A stretch of 64,000 nt of DNA from Candidatus Gastranaerophilales bacterium (GCA_928722015.1 CAKMWI010000008.1:212837-276836); one strand, 5' to 3'. Positions 21,883 through 32,147 are shown, numbered from the stretch's first letter. The notes: generated by a model from the sequence alone, not told the origin. Numbers and translations are program-made.

Positions 21883-23473
21883 CTAAATCATTATGTGGTG
21901 TATCTGTTAAATTTATGCTGTATTCGTTTCTAAATGTATCAAATACTGAAGGATTTACAAGCATCGGAGGACAGGTTGCCATATAAATATTCTTTGCTTT
22001 TACGTGTTTCAGCATAACAATATTAGAAATTGTCATAACATCACAAGTGGTAAAGAAGAATACTATTTTATTACTGTCAATCTCGTATTTTTCAAATATT
22101 TGGTGGATTATATTTATCGCGAGAGGATTATAATTTCCAATATTAATTGTCAAAACATTATCTTTTTTACTTTCAAATGAAAAGCTTAAGGCAAATTCTT
22201 CTGGTTTTAATAAAGAAAAGAATTCTTTAAAATATTCTTTTTGGATTTCTGAGTATGGATTCATACCTATAATGTATAGTTTTTTGATTTCATTTTTTTT
22301 CAGGCGTTCTGTTAATTTATTTATTTCATTATTTAATTCGTCTTCATTATAACCGAGAGGTGTATCATCCTTTATTTTTCCCTTAGTGAATCCTTTTGCC
22401 TTTTCTGCGCTTTCAATGAGTTCTGAATAGTTTTCATTTTCAATTTTTACAACCCCTTGATGTATTATGTAATCATTTGAAAATAACCTTCCCCTGTATA
22501 AATATTCAGTATTACTTCTGGAATTTTTAGTTAATAGTATTGAACCTGGAAATGTTGCAAAGTCCAGTATACAGCTTTCTGTTGTATCCCCGTAGTGTCC
22601 TCGCAGGTTCGGATATTGTTGGAATTCTTTTAGCGCATGGACTATTAATAAGTTGGAGTGAGTGTATACATCTATATTTTTGTCTTTTGTTTCGTTTAGT
22701 ATATTTAGTAAATCTGCAAAGTTATTTCCCGATACAAGAATTGCTTTACCTTTTCTTGTAGAATGAGATACGTTGACTTTTGAAATCCCTCCAAATTTTT
22801 TTAATAAAAGTTCACTTATTTCAAACTGGAGTTTGTTATCTATTTCTGCAAGTTCTGATATACTGTCTTTAATTTGCTTGTTACTTACTTTTCCATGATT
22901 AAACATATCAAGTATGGTTAATATTTTTTGATAAACATTGTCATCAAAATCTTTGAATTCGTTTAATTTTATCAGATTCATGGATGCACTTTTCAGGAGA
23001 ATTTGTAAAATTGAAATAAGATTTTTTTGGCCGGAAGTTAATTTATTATATTTTTCTAAAAATAATTTTTCTCCTTGGGCTATTGCTTTTGATACAGTTG
23101 TATTTTCATTAAATTCCAATTGGTTTTTTAAATCTTTAGCGAATATTCCTTTTTGAGTGCAAATTTCATGATACGCTTTTTTTGCTTCAGTATATAGTTG
23201 ATAATCTTTTGCAAGTATTGCATACAATTGTTTTTCACTAAATTCATTTATTGAGACTAAACTGGCTAAATCATTGATAATCTCATATTTTATTGAAACG
23301 TTATTAGCTCCTAACTTTTCGAGTTTTATGATATAATAAGCAAGTTGTTTTATAAAATAAATTATTATTACTTGAAGCGAGGCGATATTAGGAGCGATAG
23401 AACATGCTCCTCTGGAGGTACATTCATTTGTATCTATATAAGTATTTTTAAATTCATTATAATTATTATACAT
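21863..23473 (-). CDS. Hybrid-cluster protein (Hcp/prismane)-like protein, divergent; several canonical Cys ligands absent
   Basis: The N-terminus ...NECTSRGACSIAPNIASLQVIIIYFIKQLA resembles the Hcp N-terminal cluster region but lacks the first CxxC. RGHYGDTTESCILDFATFPGSILLTKNS resembles the Hcp GNYGxAWxxQxxEFxxFPGxILMTTNC motif, with Ser in place of the terminal Cys. Confidence 0.5.
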   Translation of the reverse strand: MYNNYNEFKNTYIDTNECTSRGACSIAPNIASLQVIIIYFIKQLAYYIIKLEKLGANNVSIKYEIINDLASLVSINEFSEKQLYAILAKDYQLYTEAKKAYHEICTQKGIFAKDLKNQLEFNENTTVSKAIAQGEKLFLEKYNKLTSGQKNLISILQILLKSASMNLIKLNEFKDFDDNVYQKILTILDMFNHGKVSNKQIKDSISELAEIDNKLQFEISELLLKKFGGISKVNVSHSTRKGKAILVSGNNFADLLNILNETKDKNIDVYTHSNLLIVHALKEFQQYPNLRGHYGDTTESCILDFATFPGSILLTKNSRSNTEYLYRGRLFSNDYIIHQGVVKIENENYSELIESAEKAKGFTKGKIKDDTPLGYNEDELNNEINKLTERLKKNEIKKLYIIGMNPYSEIQKEYFKEFFSLLKPEEFALSFSFESKKDNVLTINIGNYNPLAINIIHQIFEKYEIDSNKIVFFFTTCDVMTISNIVMLKHVKAKNIYMATCPPMLVNPSVFDTFRNEYSINLTDTPHNDLEKIRKE

Positions 23474-23714
23474 GGCTGTCCCTGCTTATATTTTTTTCTA
23501 CATATTCAATAATTTTGTCTGAATCATATATTTTATCATTCGTATCTTCATTATATAAAAATGGAACCTGATCAATTCCTCCAATTGATAGAAGTCTTAA
23601 TACATTATCATTGTTGCTGGTATCAAATTTGTGATATTTAATATTATGCTCTTTCATATATTTCATGACTTTTTGACAATAAGGACATGTGTCCAGTGTA
23701 TATAAATCAATCAT
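23466..23714 (-). CDS. Glutaredoxin (CPYC active site)
   Basis: 82 aa, MIDLYTLDTCPYCQKVMKYMKEHNIKY... with a glutaredoxin-like fold. Its stop overlaps the start of the hcp-like gene, so the two are co-transcribed. Confidence 0.8.
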   Translation of the reverse strand: MIDLYTLDTCPYCQKVMKYMKEHNIKYHKFDTSNNDNVLRLLSIGGIDQVPFLYNEDTNDKIYDSDKIIEYVEKNISRDSHV

Positions 23715-23837
23715 TGTTCCCTCCTTCTTTGAGCTAATTATAAAATATTATTGGGATAATAAATTAGCTATTTGATTAGTCTTTATATTTAATTATTTGT
23801 TGTTGCAAAACTTAAGTGTTTATACTAAACTGTGCCT

Positions 23838-24965
23838 ATGAATAAGAAGAATATATTATTTATTTTTGGAACAAGACCGGAAGTTATAAAACTTGCACCT
23901 GTTATATTAGAGCTAAAGAAATATCCGGACAAATACAAAGTTATTCTCTGCAATACAGAGCAACAAAAAGAATTATCAAATCAAACATTGAGTTATTTTA
24001 ATTTAAAGGCTGATGTGAATTTGGATTGTATGCGTCCAAATCAATCTTTAGCGGAAGTTCAATCAAGAATACTTACAGCACTTGATGGTGTTTTTGCCCA
24101 TAATAATATTGACGCAACTATAGTGCAAGGTGATACGATGACAGTATTGTGCGGTGCTTTAACAAGTTTTTATCGTAAAATTCCAGTCTTTCATGTTGAA
24201 GCAGGACTTCGTTCTTATGATATTTTTGAACCTTTTCCTGAAGAAATTATGAGGCAAATGACCTCCAGAGTTGCGGAATTAAATTTCGCACCCACTGAAA
24301 AAAATAAAAAAGCTTTATTAAAAGAAGATATACCTGATAATAAAATATTTGTTACAGGTAATACTGTTATTGATGCATTATTTTGTTTGTCTGACGATAC
24401 TATGAATAAAGCTGAAAGTTTTTATTTATCAAATAAGATTCCGGTTGATGATAAGTTGATATTAATTACTGTTCACAGACGTGAAAATCACGGAAATAGA
24501 ATTGACAGAATTTTGGATTCTATTGAGTATCTTGTAAATAAATATACTGATCATCATTTTGTGATACCTGTTCATCCAAATCCAAATGTTAAAGATAAAA
24601 TATATTCTCGCTTGGATAAGTATAAAAATATATATTTATTAGCACCTTTAGATTATCCTTATCTTGTTTACTTAATGAAGAATGCAAAACTTATTTTGAC
24701 AGATTCAGGTGGTATTCAAGAAGAGGCTCCGTCTTTTGGCTGTCCGACTCTTGTTATGAGATATGAGACTGAACGCCAAGAAGGTATAGATGCAGGTGTC
24801 TCAGTTTTAGTCGGAGCTGAGTATGATAAAATTGTGGGATTGAGTTCTGAAATTTTAAATAAATCACGTTCTGAGTCTCGTCTAAAGGTTCAAAATCCTT
24901 ATGGAACCGGTGATTCTGCAAAACGTATTGAAGCTATTATTTCTTCATATTTTGTACATCACTAA
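23838..24965 (+). CDS. wecB: UDP-N-acetylglucosamine 2-epimerase (non-hydrolysing)
   Basis: MNKKNILFIFGTRPEVIKLAPVILEL...HVEAGLRS...ITVHRREN...GGIQEEAPSFGCPTLVMR matches WecB/MnaA family signatures. Confidence 0.85.
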   Translation: MNKKNILFIFGTRPEVIKLAPVILELKKYPDKYKVILCNTEQQKELSNQTLSYFNLKADVNLDCMRPNQSLAEVQSRILTALDGVFAHNNIDATIVQGDTMTVLCGALTSFYRKIPVFHVEAGLRSYDIFEPFPEEIMRQMTSRVAELNFAPTEKNKKALLKEDIPDNKIFVTGNTVIDALFCLSDDTMNKAESFYLSNKIPVDDKLILITVHRRENHGNRIDRILDSIEYLVNKYTDHHFVIPVHPNPNVKDKIYSRLDKYKNIYLLAPLDYPYLVYLMKNAKLILTDSGGIQEEAPSFGCPTLVMRYETERQEGIDAGVSVLVGAEYDKIVGLSSEILNKSRSESRLKVQNPYGTGDSAKRIEAIISSYFVHH

Positions 24966-24981
24966 ATTATTATAATAAAAT

Positions 24982-25010
24982 AAAAAAGCAAGTTTTTTTA
25001 ACTTGCTATA
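24982..25010. terminator. Bidirectional intrinsic terminator between convergent genes
   Basis: An A6 run is followed by the stem GCAAGTT / AACTTGC with loop TTTTT. Confidence 0.6.
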
Positions 25011-25055
25011 CATAAAATGTTTTAGGGATATATTTAAGTTTTCGAGGTTTAAAAT

Positions 25056-25703
25056 CTATCTGATGATTGATGTTAATCTTTCATCAATTTTTCTGTCAAT
25101 CTTTTTAAGCATTCTTCTCATTCGCATGTCTTTATGAGAGTTTATGCTAGGATTTGATAGAATTTCATTTCTATATTGTTTATATAATTCAATTTCTCTA
25201 TCTTTTATGTCTTTTTTAATCAAAATTTTGTTATCTTCTTCTGAAATATCTTTTGAAACTTTGAAAATTACAGCAAATAGTGCAAGAACAAAGATAATCC
25301 ACAATGTTTTCTCTAGTGGTACGGTTTCTCCCACAATTGCGGCTTCACCATTACTTGGTTCCATTATTATTGTTGAATCATTGATATTGTCAGCTGTTAT
25401 ATATATATTTAGTTTATTTGGTGCTATATTTTCAACAACCAAACTATCAATGTTATTAGTTCCTTTATATAATGCATTTACTGTATCTGAAGAGGTAATT
25501 CCACTTAATTCAAGAACCATTTCACGTTCTGACGGTGATTTTTTAATTACTTTTGCCATCTTATCTGAGCCAAGTATAATATTATATCCTGTGTTATTTC
25601 TTTCTAAAGTTATTGTGTGCAGATAATTGCTGTTAGCAAAAGCTGCTACTGATGTTAATGCAAATGTAATTAAGAATCCGAATATCAAAAATAGTTTTTT
25701 CAA
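25056..25703 (-). CDS. Secreted/membrane protein with AMIN-like N-terminal domain and single TM, function unknown
   Basis: Signal peptide MKKLFLIFGFLITFALTSVAAFA. The segment HTITLERNNTGYNIILGSD...NKLNIYI resembles an AMIN domain. There is a TM at ~aa 140-160, then a charged cytoplasmic tail. Confidence 0.45.
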   Translation of the reverse strand: MKKLFLIFGFLITFALTSVAAFANSNYLHTITLERNNTGYNIILGSDKMAKVIKKSPSEREMVLELSGITSSDTVNALYKGTNNIDSLVVENIAPNKLNIYITADNINDSTIIMEPSNGEAAIVGETVPLEKTLWIIFVLALFAVIFKVSKDISEEDNKILIKKDIKDREIELYKQYRNEILSNPSINSHKDMRMRRMLKKIDRKIDERLTSIIR

Positions 25704-25983
25704 CTTCTCTTCCTCCCTAATCTACATATCAATACTATAACTCTTTGGTGAAATGCACATCAATCTATAGGTTTAGATGTCTAAGTCAAAGGTTTTAAAT
25801 ATTTGGTTTGGTAATCATCAAATAATGAACATGGCATGAATAAAATAGGCTTTCTGTCTAATATTATTTTTTTATTCATTCTTATTTGTTAACATTTGTA
25901 ACGAAAATAATTCATGCTGAAATCAGATAAATTTTTTATCCTTTATATAAGTGTAGAGAATATTGAGATATTAGGAGATTAAA

Positions 25984-26355
25984 ATGATACTATTATTCAA
26001 TTCAAAGGCTTCAAAATCATCAACAACTAATAAAAACTCAAATGTTAAAAATCATCCTGTTGAAAACTCAGGTATTTTAGCAATGAGTTTAAGTGATGCG
26101 AAAAGCACTTTGACAATGGGTGAGTATGATTCTTATATATCTTCTAATCCGGTTGCAATAAATTATGCAGCTTATTCAAACTCAGCTGATTATTCTTCAG
26201 ATAGTGATTATTCTGGATTTATGGGTTCTTTTTCTTCTGCAATTGCAACTTTAGGTGATAGCGGAATGGCATCAGCTTCATTTGGTGGAGCAGCTTTCTC
26301 AGGAGCTTCTTCATTCTCTTGTTCTTCAAGTTCTTCATTTAGTTCAGTTGGTTAA
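25984..26355 (+). CDS. Ser/Ala/Gly-rich low-complexity small protein, function unknown
   Basis: 123-aa ORF with a good RBS (AGGAGA, 5 nt spacer). The C-terminus is ...ASFGGAAFSGASSFSCSSSSSFSSVG. Confidence 0.4.
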   Translation: MILLFNSKASKSSTTNKNSNVKNHPVENSGILAMSLSDAKSTLTMGEYDSYISSNPVAINYAAYSNSADYSSDSDYSGFMGSFSSAIATLGDSGMASASFGGAAFSGASSFSCSSSSSFSSVG

Positions 26356-26546
26356 TTAAATTATATATAATAATGATGGATGAATAATAAAGAGTAGATA
26401 AATCTGCTCTTTTTTTTATTATTAATATTGTATTTTACAATTGTAACAAACTCTTAATAATTTTCTCTAAGTGCTAAAGTTTTATGGGATTATGCCGACT
26501 ATACAGATAAGAAAAGTTACAAGGAAAATGAAAGGATCGGCTAACA

Positions 26547-28598
26547 ATGGGAATGGCGGCATCACAAGCCAGATTATTATCGATAACAGCTCGTTTAGCT
26601 GATAACGAGTTGAGATCACAAACGATTAATAATGCTAAAATGCGCTTGGCTACTCAAAGTTCTCAAGCTAGTGAAAGTTATATTAGCGCATTAAATGATG
26701 CTAATTTAATGTTTTCAAATTATGATGCTGAAGGAAATTCTCAATCTCAGTTGTTAACTTATAATGCTTTAACTGCTTACAGTTCATATAATAACCAATA
26801 TGGTCTTGTAAATTCATCAGGGCAACTTTTGGTTAGTGAATCTGAAGCTGATTTATTCGAAAAATCTAACGGAAATTTAAACGCATATTTAAAATCACAT
26901 GGGTTAGAATATACAACTACATATTTTGATCAATTAGGTAATATGGTTAACGAAGGTTATCCTGTACCATTCGATGTTATTAGTCCTGAAACTTTAAGAG
27001 AAATGTACGAAGCTTATGGCAGTTATGAAAATTCATTAGAAACTGATAAGTTTGAAAAATTTTACAAAGATTATGTTGATGCAGATAATGCATTAAAAGT
27101 TGGTTCAAAAGAAATTATGGAAAGTTATTTATTATCAAACAATAACTCTCCAAAAATTTCTAAAGATTCAACTAATCTTATATCTATTGATATTTTAGGA
27201 AATGCTCAAGAATTGGCTCAAAAGTTTAAGAATGCATTTACAAATTCAAATAATACATATAGTATTCCGAATTTGAAAAATATGGGACTTACTGATGAGG
27301 GTGCTACTGCAATTCAAGAAATGTTGGATTCTGTAAGTTTTGAAAGTTCATCAGTAGGTAAGATTGAAGAATCTCTTCCTGGAGTTTATACAAGAGGTGA
27401 TGATGGTTCTGAAACTATTGTGATTACCGACGATGCTACAGGCGTTGAAATTACTTTTACAAAAGATGCCAGCGGTACTATTACAGTTACAGGCAATCCT
27501 GAATTATCATATACTGACACTGAAAATCCTGAAGACAACTATAATTATACTTATACAATAGGTTCAACGCTTTTGGATACTGTGAATTCTTTAAAATATG
27601 ACTCAGTTGAAGATAAGCATAGCTTTAATGTTAGTTTGGATGCAGACGGCACTGTTGATGCAAAATCAGTATATAAATATAATTTATCTCCATCAAGCGG
27701 TGATGAAATTGGTTTTAAGCAGGCTCTTGATGAACTTGCAGAATCAATTTTGGATGCAATTCGTACTACAGAAGAATACTTCAACTATGGTGCATTTGCA
27801 GATAAATTACTTGAATGGAGAGAAACCGGTACAGATTTAGCAGCTAAAGGTATTGATATTAATAAAGTTTTAAAATCTGGTAAGACTTATACTGAAGTTT
27901 TAGATGAATATAAAACTATAAAAGATGCTTATTTAGGTTTTATTGAAGTTGGTTATAAACCGTCAATTTTGGAAAAATCTCCATTAGAACAACTTATTGA
28001 AGATGGTAAACTTACAACAAAGGATTTATTAGATACTGATAAACTTCTTAAAATTCTTGCTGAAAATAATATTGCTTTTACAAATGAATATAAAACAGTT
28101 ATTCAAGAGTTCATTGTGGAATCTATGATAGAAGAATATGGTGAACCTAAGTATGCCTGGGTTGACGAAAATGATACTGCTAATACCGGAAATGCTGATG
28201 CAAAAGCTCAGTGGTATACTAATATGTTTAATAGAATGAAACAAGGGTATAAAATTATTGAAAATGGTCTTGCCTCTTCTTCTGAATGGCTTGAATTTGC
28301 TTTAGAAAGTGGTCTTGTAACTATGGAACAAGTTGATAAATCCTTTAACTGGAAATCTTTGGATTATAAAACTTGTAGTAATATTACCGAAGAAACTGAT
28401 AACAGTGAGCTTGTTGCAAAGGCTGAAGCAGAATATAACAGAGCAATGAAAGATATAGATGCCAAAGATAGTATCTATGATATGGAATTAAAAAATATTG
28501 ATACTGAACATACTGCATTGCAAACTGAATATGATTCAATAAAAAGTGTTATATCTAAGAATATTGAAAGAACCTTCAAATTTAATCAGAATGGCTAA
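26547..28598 (+). CDS. Large hypothetical protein (683 aa, acidic, no signal peptide)
   Basis: RBS GAAAGGA. N-terminus MGMAASQARLLSITARLADNELRSQTINNAKMRLATQSS. No recognisable catalytic motifs. Confidence 0.5.
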   Translation: MGMAASQARLLSITARLADNELRSQTINNAKMRLATQSSQASESYISALNDANLMFSNYDAEGNSQSQLLTYNALTAYSSYNNQYGLVNSSGQLLVSESEADLFEKSNGNLNAYLKSHGLEYTTTYFDQLGNMVNEGYPVPFDVISPETLREMYEAYGSYENSLETDKFEKFYKDYVDADNALKVGSKEIMESYLLSNNNSPKISKDSTNLISIDILGNAQELAQKFKNAFTNSNNTYSIPNLKNMGLTDEGATAIQEMLDSVSFESSSVGKIEESLPGVYTRGDDGSETIVITDDATGVEITFTKDASGTITVTGNPELSYTDTENPEDNYNYTYTIGSTLLDTVNSLKYDSVEDKHSFNVSLDADGTVDAKSVYKYNLSPSSGDEIGFKQALDELAESILDAIRTTEEYFNYGAFADKLLEWRETGTDLAAKGIDINKVLKSGKTYTEVLDEYKTIKDAYLGFIEVGYKPSILEKSPLEQLIEDGKLTTKDLLDTDKLLKILAENNIAFTNEYKTVIQEFIVESMIEEYGEPKYAWVDENDTANTGNADAKAQWYTNMFNRMKQGYKIIENGLASSSEWLEFALESGLVTMEQVDKSFNWKSLDYKTCSNITEETDNSELVAKAEAEYNRAMKDIDAKDSIYDMELKNIDTEHTALQTEYDSIKSVISKNIERTFKFNQNG

Positions 28599-28717
28599 GT
28601 TGGCTAGTTTTTAGTAAATAAATATTAATCCTCCTTCCCTATTTTCTTGTATTTTAAATTTGATTATATAAAATAGAAGTATCTGTTAAGTTTATATAAG
28701 AAAGGGTATTGGGTAGG

Positions 28718-30106
28718 ATGATTAAATTCGATTACAGAAACGCTGATGCTTTAGTCGTAGGAGCAGAAAACGGTCTTAATCTGTCTCAAGAATTTGACGA
28801 ATACAAAGATAAAATTGCATGGATAATTGCAGATTTGAACAAACGAAAAGATAAACCAGGTCAATGGCTTCAATGGATGAATCTTGGCTATAGTGAAGAA
28901 ACTGTTTGGTATGTAAAAGAATATGCTGCTCTGGTTCGTAATAGATTTGATAATCTTTTAGTCTTGGGTATCGGAGGTTCTGCTCTTGGAGGTTTAGCTG
29001 TTACTGAAGCTCTTCTTAAACCATATTGGAATTTATTATCAAAAGAGCAAAGAGATGGTTATCCTAGAATTTTCTTCCTAGATAATATTGATCCGGATTC
29101 TATAAATGGTTTATTAAATATTCTTGATTTGAAAAAGACATTAATTAATGTAATTACTAAATCCGGTGATACCGCTGAAACAATGTCTCAATTTTTGATT
29201 GTTAAAGATAGATTAGAAAAAGAATTGGGAGATGATTATAGAAAAAATATCGTAGCAACTACCGACAAGAAAACAGGTATATTACGCCAAATTGCAGAAC
29301 AAGAAGGGTATAAAACTTTTGTTGTGCCGGATGATGTTGGTGGAAGATTTTCTGTTTTTTCTGCTGTTGGATTATTACCGTTTGCTTTACTGGGATTAGA
29401 TATTGATGAAATAACAAATGGTATAAAAGATATGGATTTGGCGTTAAAAAATACAGATATCAAAGAAAATATCGCAGCTCAAAATGCTTTAATCCAGTAC
29501 TTGATGGATACTAAAAAGGGTAAAGATATATCTGTTATGATGCCATATTCAAGCAGGTTAAAGTATGTAGCAGATTGGTATGTGCAATTGTGGGCCGAAT
29601 CTTTAGGTAAAAATGAAGATTTAAGCGGAAATCATGTTCATGTAGGGCCAACTCCTATCGCTGCATTAGGTGCTACTGATCAACATTCACAAATTCAGTT
29701 ATATAATGAAGGGCCTAATAATAAAATTATCAATTTTATTAGGGTTGAAGAATTTGATACTATTTTAGAAATTCCTAGAATTTTTGAGTATACTGGTATT
29801 GGCTATCTGGGTGGAAAAACAATCAATTCATTGCTCAATGCGGAAGCTGATTCAACTCGAGTTGCTCTATCAGATTATGCACGTCCAACAGTTACAATAA
29901 CATTACCAAAAGTAGACGGGTATAATATTGCACAACTTTTATATATGCTAGAAGTACAGACTGCAATTGCAGGTGAATTGTATAATATAAATACATTTAA
30001 TCAGCCGGGTGTCGAGCAGGCTAAGAATTATACATACGCTCTTATGGGGCGTGCGGGTTATGAAGATTCTGCAAGGTCATTGCAGGCTAAAATGTCTTTA
30101 GCATAG
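28718..30106 (+). CDS. pgi: Glucose-6-phosphate isomerase
   Basis: LLVLGIGGSALGGLAVTEAL...GGRFSVFSAVGLLP...VHVGPTPIAALGATDQHSQIQLYNEG are PGI signatures. The start ATG at 28718 is in frame with the track ORF. Confidence 0.9.
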   Translation: MIKFDYRNADALVVGAENGLNLSQEFDEYKDKIAWIIADLNKRKDKPGQWLQWMNLGYSEETVWYVKEYAALVRNRFDNLLVLGIGGSALGGLAVTEALLKPYWNLLSKEQRDGYPRIFFLDNIDPDSINGLLNILDLKKTLINVITKSGDTAETMSQFLIVKDRLEKELGDDYRKNIVATTDKKTGILRQIAEQEGYKTFVVPDDVGGRFSVFSAVGLLPFALLGLDIDEITNGIKDMDLALKNTDIKENIAAQNALIQYLMDTKKGKDISVMMPYSSRLKYVADWYVQLWAESLGKNEDLSGNHVHVGPTPIAALGATDQHSQIQLYNEGPNNKIINFIRVEEFDTILEIPRIFEYTGIGYLGGKTINSLLNAEADSTRVALSDYARPTVTITLPKVDGYNIAQLLYMLEVQTAIAGELYNINTFNQPGVEQAKNYTYALMGRAGYEDSARSLQAKMSLA

Positions 30107-30117
30107 CTTTTTTACTT

Positions 30118-30639
30118 ATGAAGAATATCTATAATATAATATCTATAATATTTTTATTTGTTATGTCTGTTTTGATGTGCTCACAATATAGTATTGCTAT
30201 GGCAAATTCTTCAAATAAGGTTTTGACTGGTTCTGTAACAATGGTTCCGAATTCATTTTATGGAACTTGGAGAGTAACATCTAAAATTATTGATACTGAT
30301 TCACCTATTACGTTTAAGCAAAATAGTTTAGATTTATGGAACTTATCAAGAACAAATAACGTCATAACTTTAAGTAATCCATTTAACGGTGCTAAAGCTG
30401 ATATAACAATTAACAAAGCTGAAACTAATTATGTAGTTTTTAAAAAGTCAGGAAAATATGGCAATAAGATTTTGACTGATACTGTTGAAATTGAGTTAAA
30501 TGGGGATACCTTTAAAGGTTTTGATTCTATACAATTGGATACTTATTCGGATGTTAGTGGTAAAATTATAAAATCAGAAACTGCAAAGTATGCAATTGTA
30601 GGTGAAAAAATTGCAGGTGAAAGTGTTGTAGGAAATTGA
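30118..30639 (+). CDS. Secreted protein with signal peptide, function unknown
   Basis: 173 aa with N-terminal hydrophobic signal-like IISIIFLFVMSVLMCSQYSIAMA. Confidence 0.45.
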   Translation: MKNIYNIISIIFLFVMSVLMCSQYSIAMANSSNKVLTGSVTMVPNSFYGTWRVTSKIIDTDSPITFKQNSLDLWNLSRTNNVITLSNPFNGAKADITINKAETNYVVFKKSGKYGNKILTDTVEIELNGDTFKGFDSIQLDTYSDVSGKIIKSETAKYAIVGEKIAGESVVGN

Positions 30640-30649
30640 GGATAATAAT

Positions 30650-31588
30650 ATGCAAGTTTTAGAATTTGATGTAGTTATTTTAGGTGGTGGGCCTGCCGGG
30701 TTTTCAGCCGGATTGTACGCATCAAGAGGCGCGGCATCTACTGCTATTGTTGATATTAGTATGTTGGGTGGTCAACCGTCAAACTATTTAGAATTAGAAA
30801 ATTACCCTGGTTTTGCAAAAATTGGCGGTTTTGAGCTTATGGAAAAATTTGAGGAACATGCTGATTTGTTTGGTATTAATAAGTTTCCGATGCAAGAAAT
30901 TGTAGCTGTCGATTTAGTTTCAAATCCAAAAATTATAAAAACAAAGGATACCGAATATCGTGCTAAATCTGTAATTATTGCAACAGGTGCTAAACCTATG
31001 CAACTTGGGGTAGTTGGCGAACAAGAATTTATTGGACGTGGTGTCAGCTACTGTGCAGTATGTGATGCTGCGTTTTATAAAGATAAAGTTGTTGCAGTTG
31101 TCGGCGGAGGTAATTCTGCTGTTGAAGAAGCTATGTATTTAACCAAATTTGCATCAAAGGTATACCTAATCCATAGAAGAGATGAGTTAAGAGCAGATAA
31201 AATTGTTCAAGAACGAGCTTTTAAGAATGATAGATTAGAATTTATTTTTGATTCTGTTGTGTTGGAAATTAAAGGCGACGATTTGGTGCGTTCTGTACTG
31301 TTGAAAAATGTTAAAAATGCATCAGAATCTGAATTGTCTGTAGACGGAATATTTCCTTATATTGGAATTACACCAAATGTGGACTTTGTTCATGGACAGC
31401 TAGAACAGGATAAATCAGGATTTATAATTACTGATAGTACAATGAAAACGTCTATAGATGGAGTTTTTGCTATAGGGGATGTCAGAAATACTCCTTTAAG
31501 GCAAGTTATTACTGCTGCAGCAGATGGTGCTGTCGGAGCTGTTTATGCCGTAAAATATGCTGAATCTTTAAAAGAAGCAGTTGTTTAA
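30650..31588 (+). CDS. trxB: Thioredoxin-disulfide reductase
   Basis: FAD motif VVILGGGPAGFSAGLYASR. Redox-active CAVC. NADPH motif VVGGGNSAVEEA. Confidence 0.9.
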   Translation: MQVLEFDVVILGGGPAGFSAGLYASRGAASTAIVDISMLGGQPSNYLELENYPGFAKIGGFELMEKFEEHADLFGINKFPMQEIVAVDLVSNPKIIKTKDTEYRAKSVIIATGAKPMQLGVVGEQEFIGRGVSYCAVCDAAFYKDKVVAVVGGGNSAVEEAMYLTKFASKVYLIHRRDELRADKIVQERAFKNDRLEFIFDSVVLEIKGDDLVRSVLLKNVKNASESELSVDGIFPYIGITPNVDFVHGQLEQDKSGFIITDSTMKTSIDGVFAIGDVRNTPLRQVITAAADGAVGAVYAVKYAESLKEAVV

Positions 31589-31618
31589 ATTTACTACTTA
31601 TAAGTATAATTATTTTTT

Positions 31619-31645
31619 ATACCGAATGTTTACATTCGGTATATT
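31619..31645 (+). terminator. Intrinsic terminator after trxB
   Basis: The stem TACCGAATG / CATTCGGTA has loop TTTA. It is followed by TATTTATT. Confidence 0.6.
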
Positions 31646-31856
31646 TATTAATATTAATTTATTTCCCTAATTATTAATAATAACTGCTAAAGTCTTGTTA
31701 TATTACTCTTTTAAGTTCTATGTATTTATTCTTATTATAATTTTATATAAAGAAAATATTAATATTATAGTTCTGATATAAAGAATATGTAAGGAAATCG
31801 GATTTTGTATTTATTTTAATTTATAATAAAAGAGTAAAGAAAATAATTATGGAGAT

Positions 31857-32147
31857 ATGAATATGCAATCTTTAAACGAAATTCTATCAGAACTTGAACA
31901 TGCAGATAATACAACAAAAAACAAAATTGAAAATGAATTAGTAAGTATCGGAGCTTCAGTTGTTCCTCAATTGGTGGATCAATTGCAAGTTGTAAGAGGT
32001 ATCAAGCGTGGTGTAGTTGCAATGACTCTTATTCGCTTAGGTGATGCTTCTGTTAAATATTTAGAAAAAGCTGCTCATGATAATAAAGATTTTGAGTGGG
32101 TTGCAGAATACTTAATCAGAGAAATTAAGGGTTCAAAAGCAGCTTAA
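31857..32147 (+). CDS. Small HEAT/PBS-lyase-like repeat protein, function unknown
   Basis: 96 aa. GGAGA lies upstream. The likelier start is the ATG at 31863. The helical-repeat-like sequence is LVDQLQVVRGIKRGVVAMTLIRLGDASVKYLEKAAHD. Confidence 0.4.
   Translation: MNMQSLNEILSELEHADNTTKNKIENELVSIGASVVPQLVDQLQVVRGIKRGVVAMTLIRLGDASVKYLEKAAHDNKDFEWVAEYLIREIKGSKAA

Noticed and set aside
25144-25626. 160-aa plus-strand ORF antisense to the AMIN-like secreted protein gene
   Set aside because: It fully overlaps a minus-strand ORF that has a clear signal peptide and RBS. It is a hydrophobic antisense artefact of AT-rich coding sequence.
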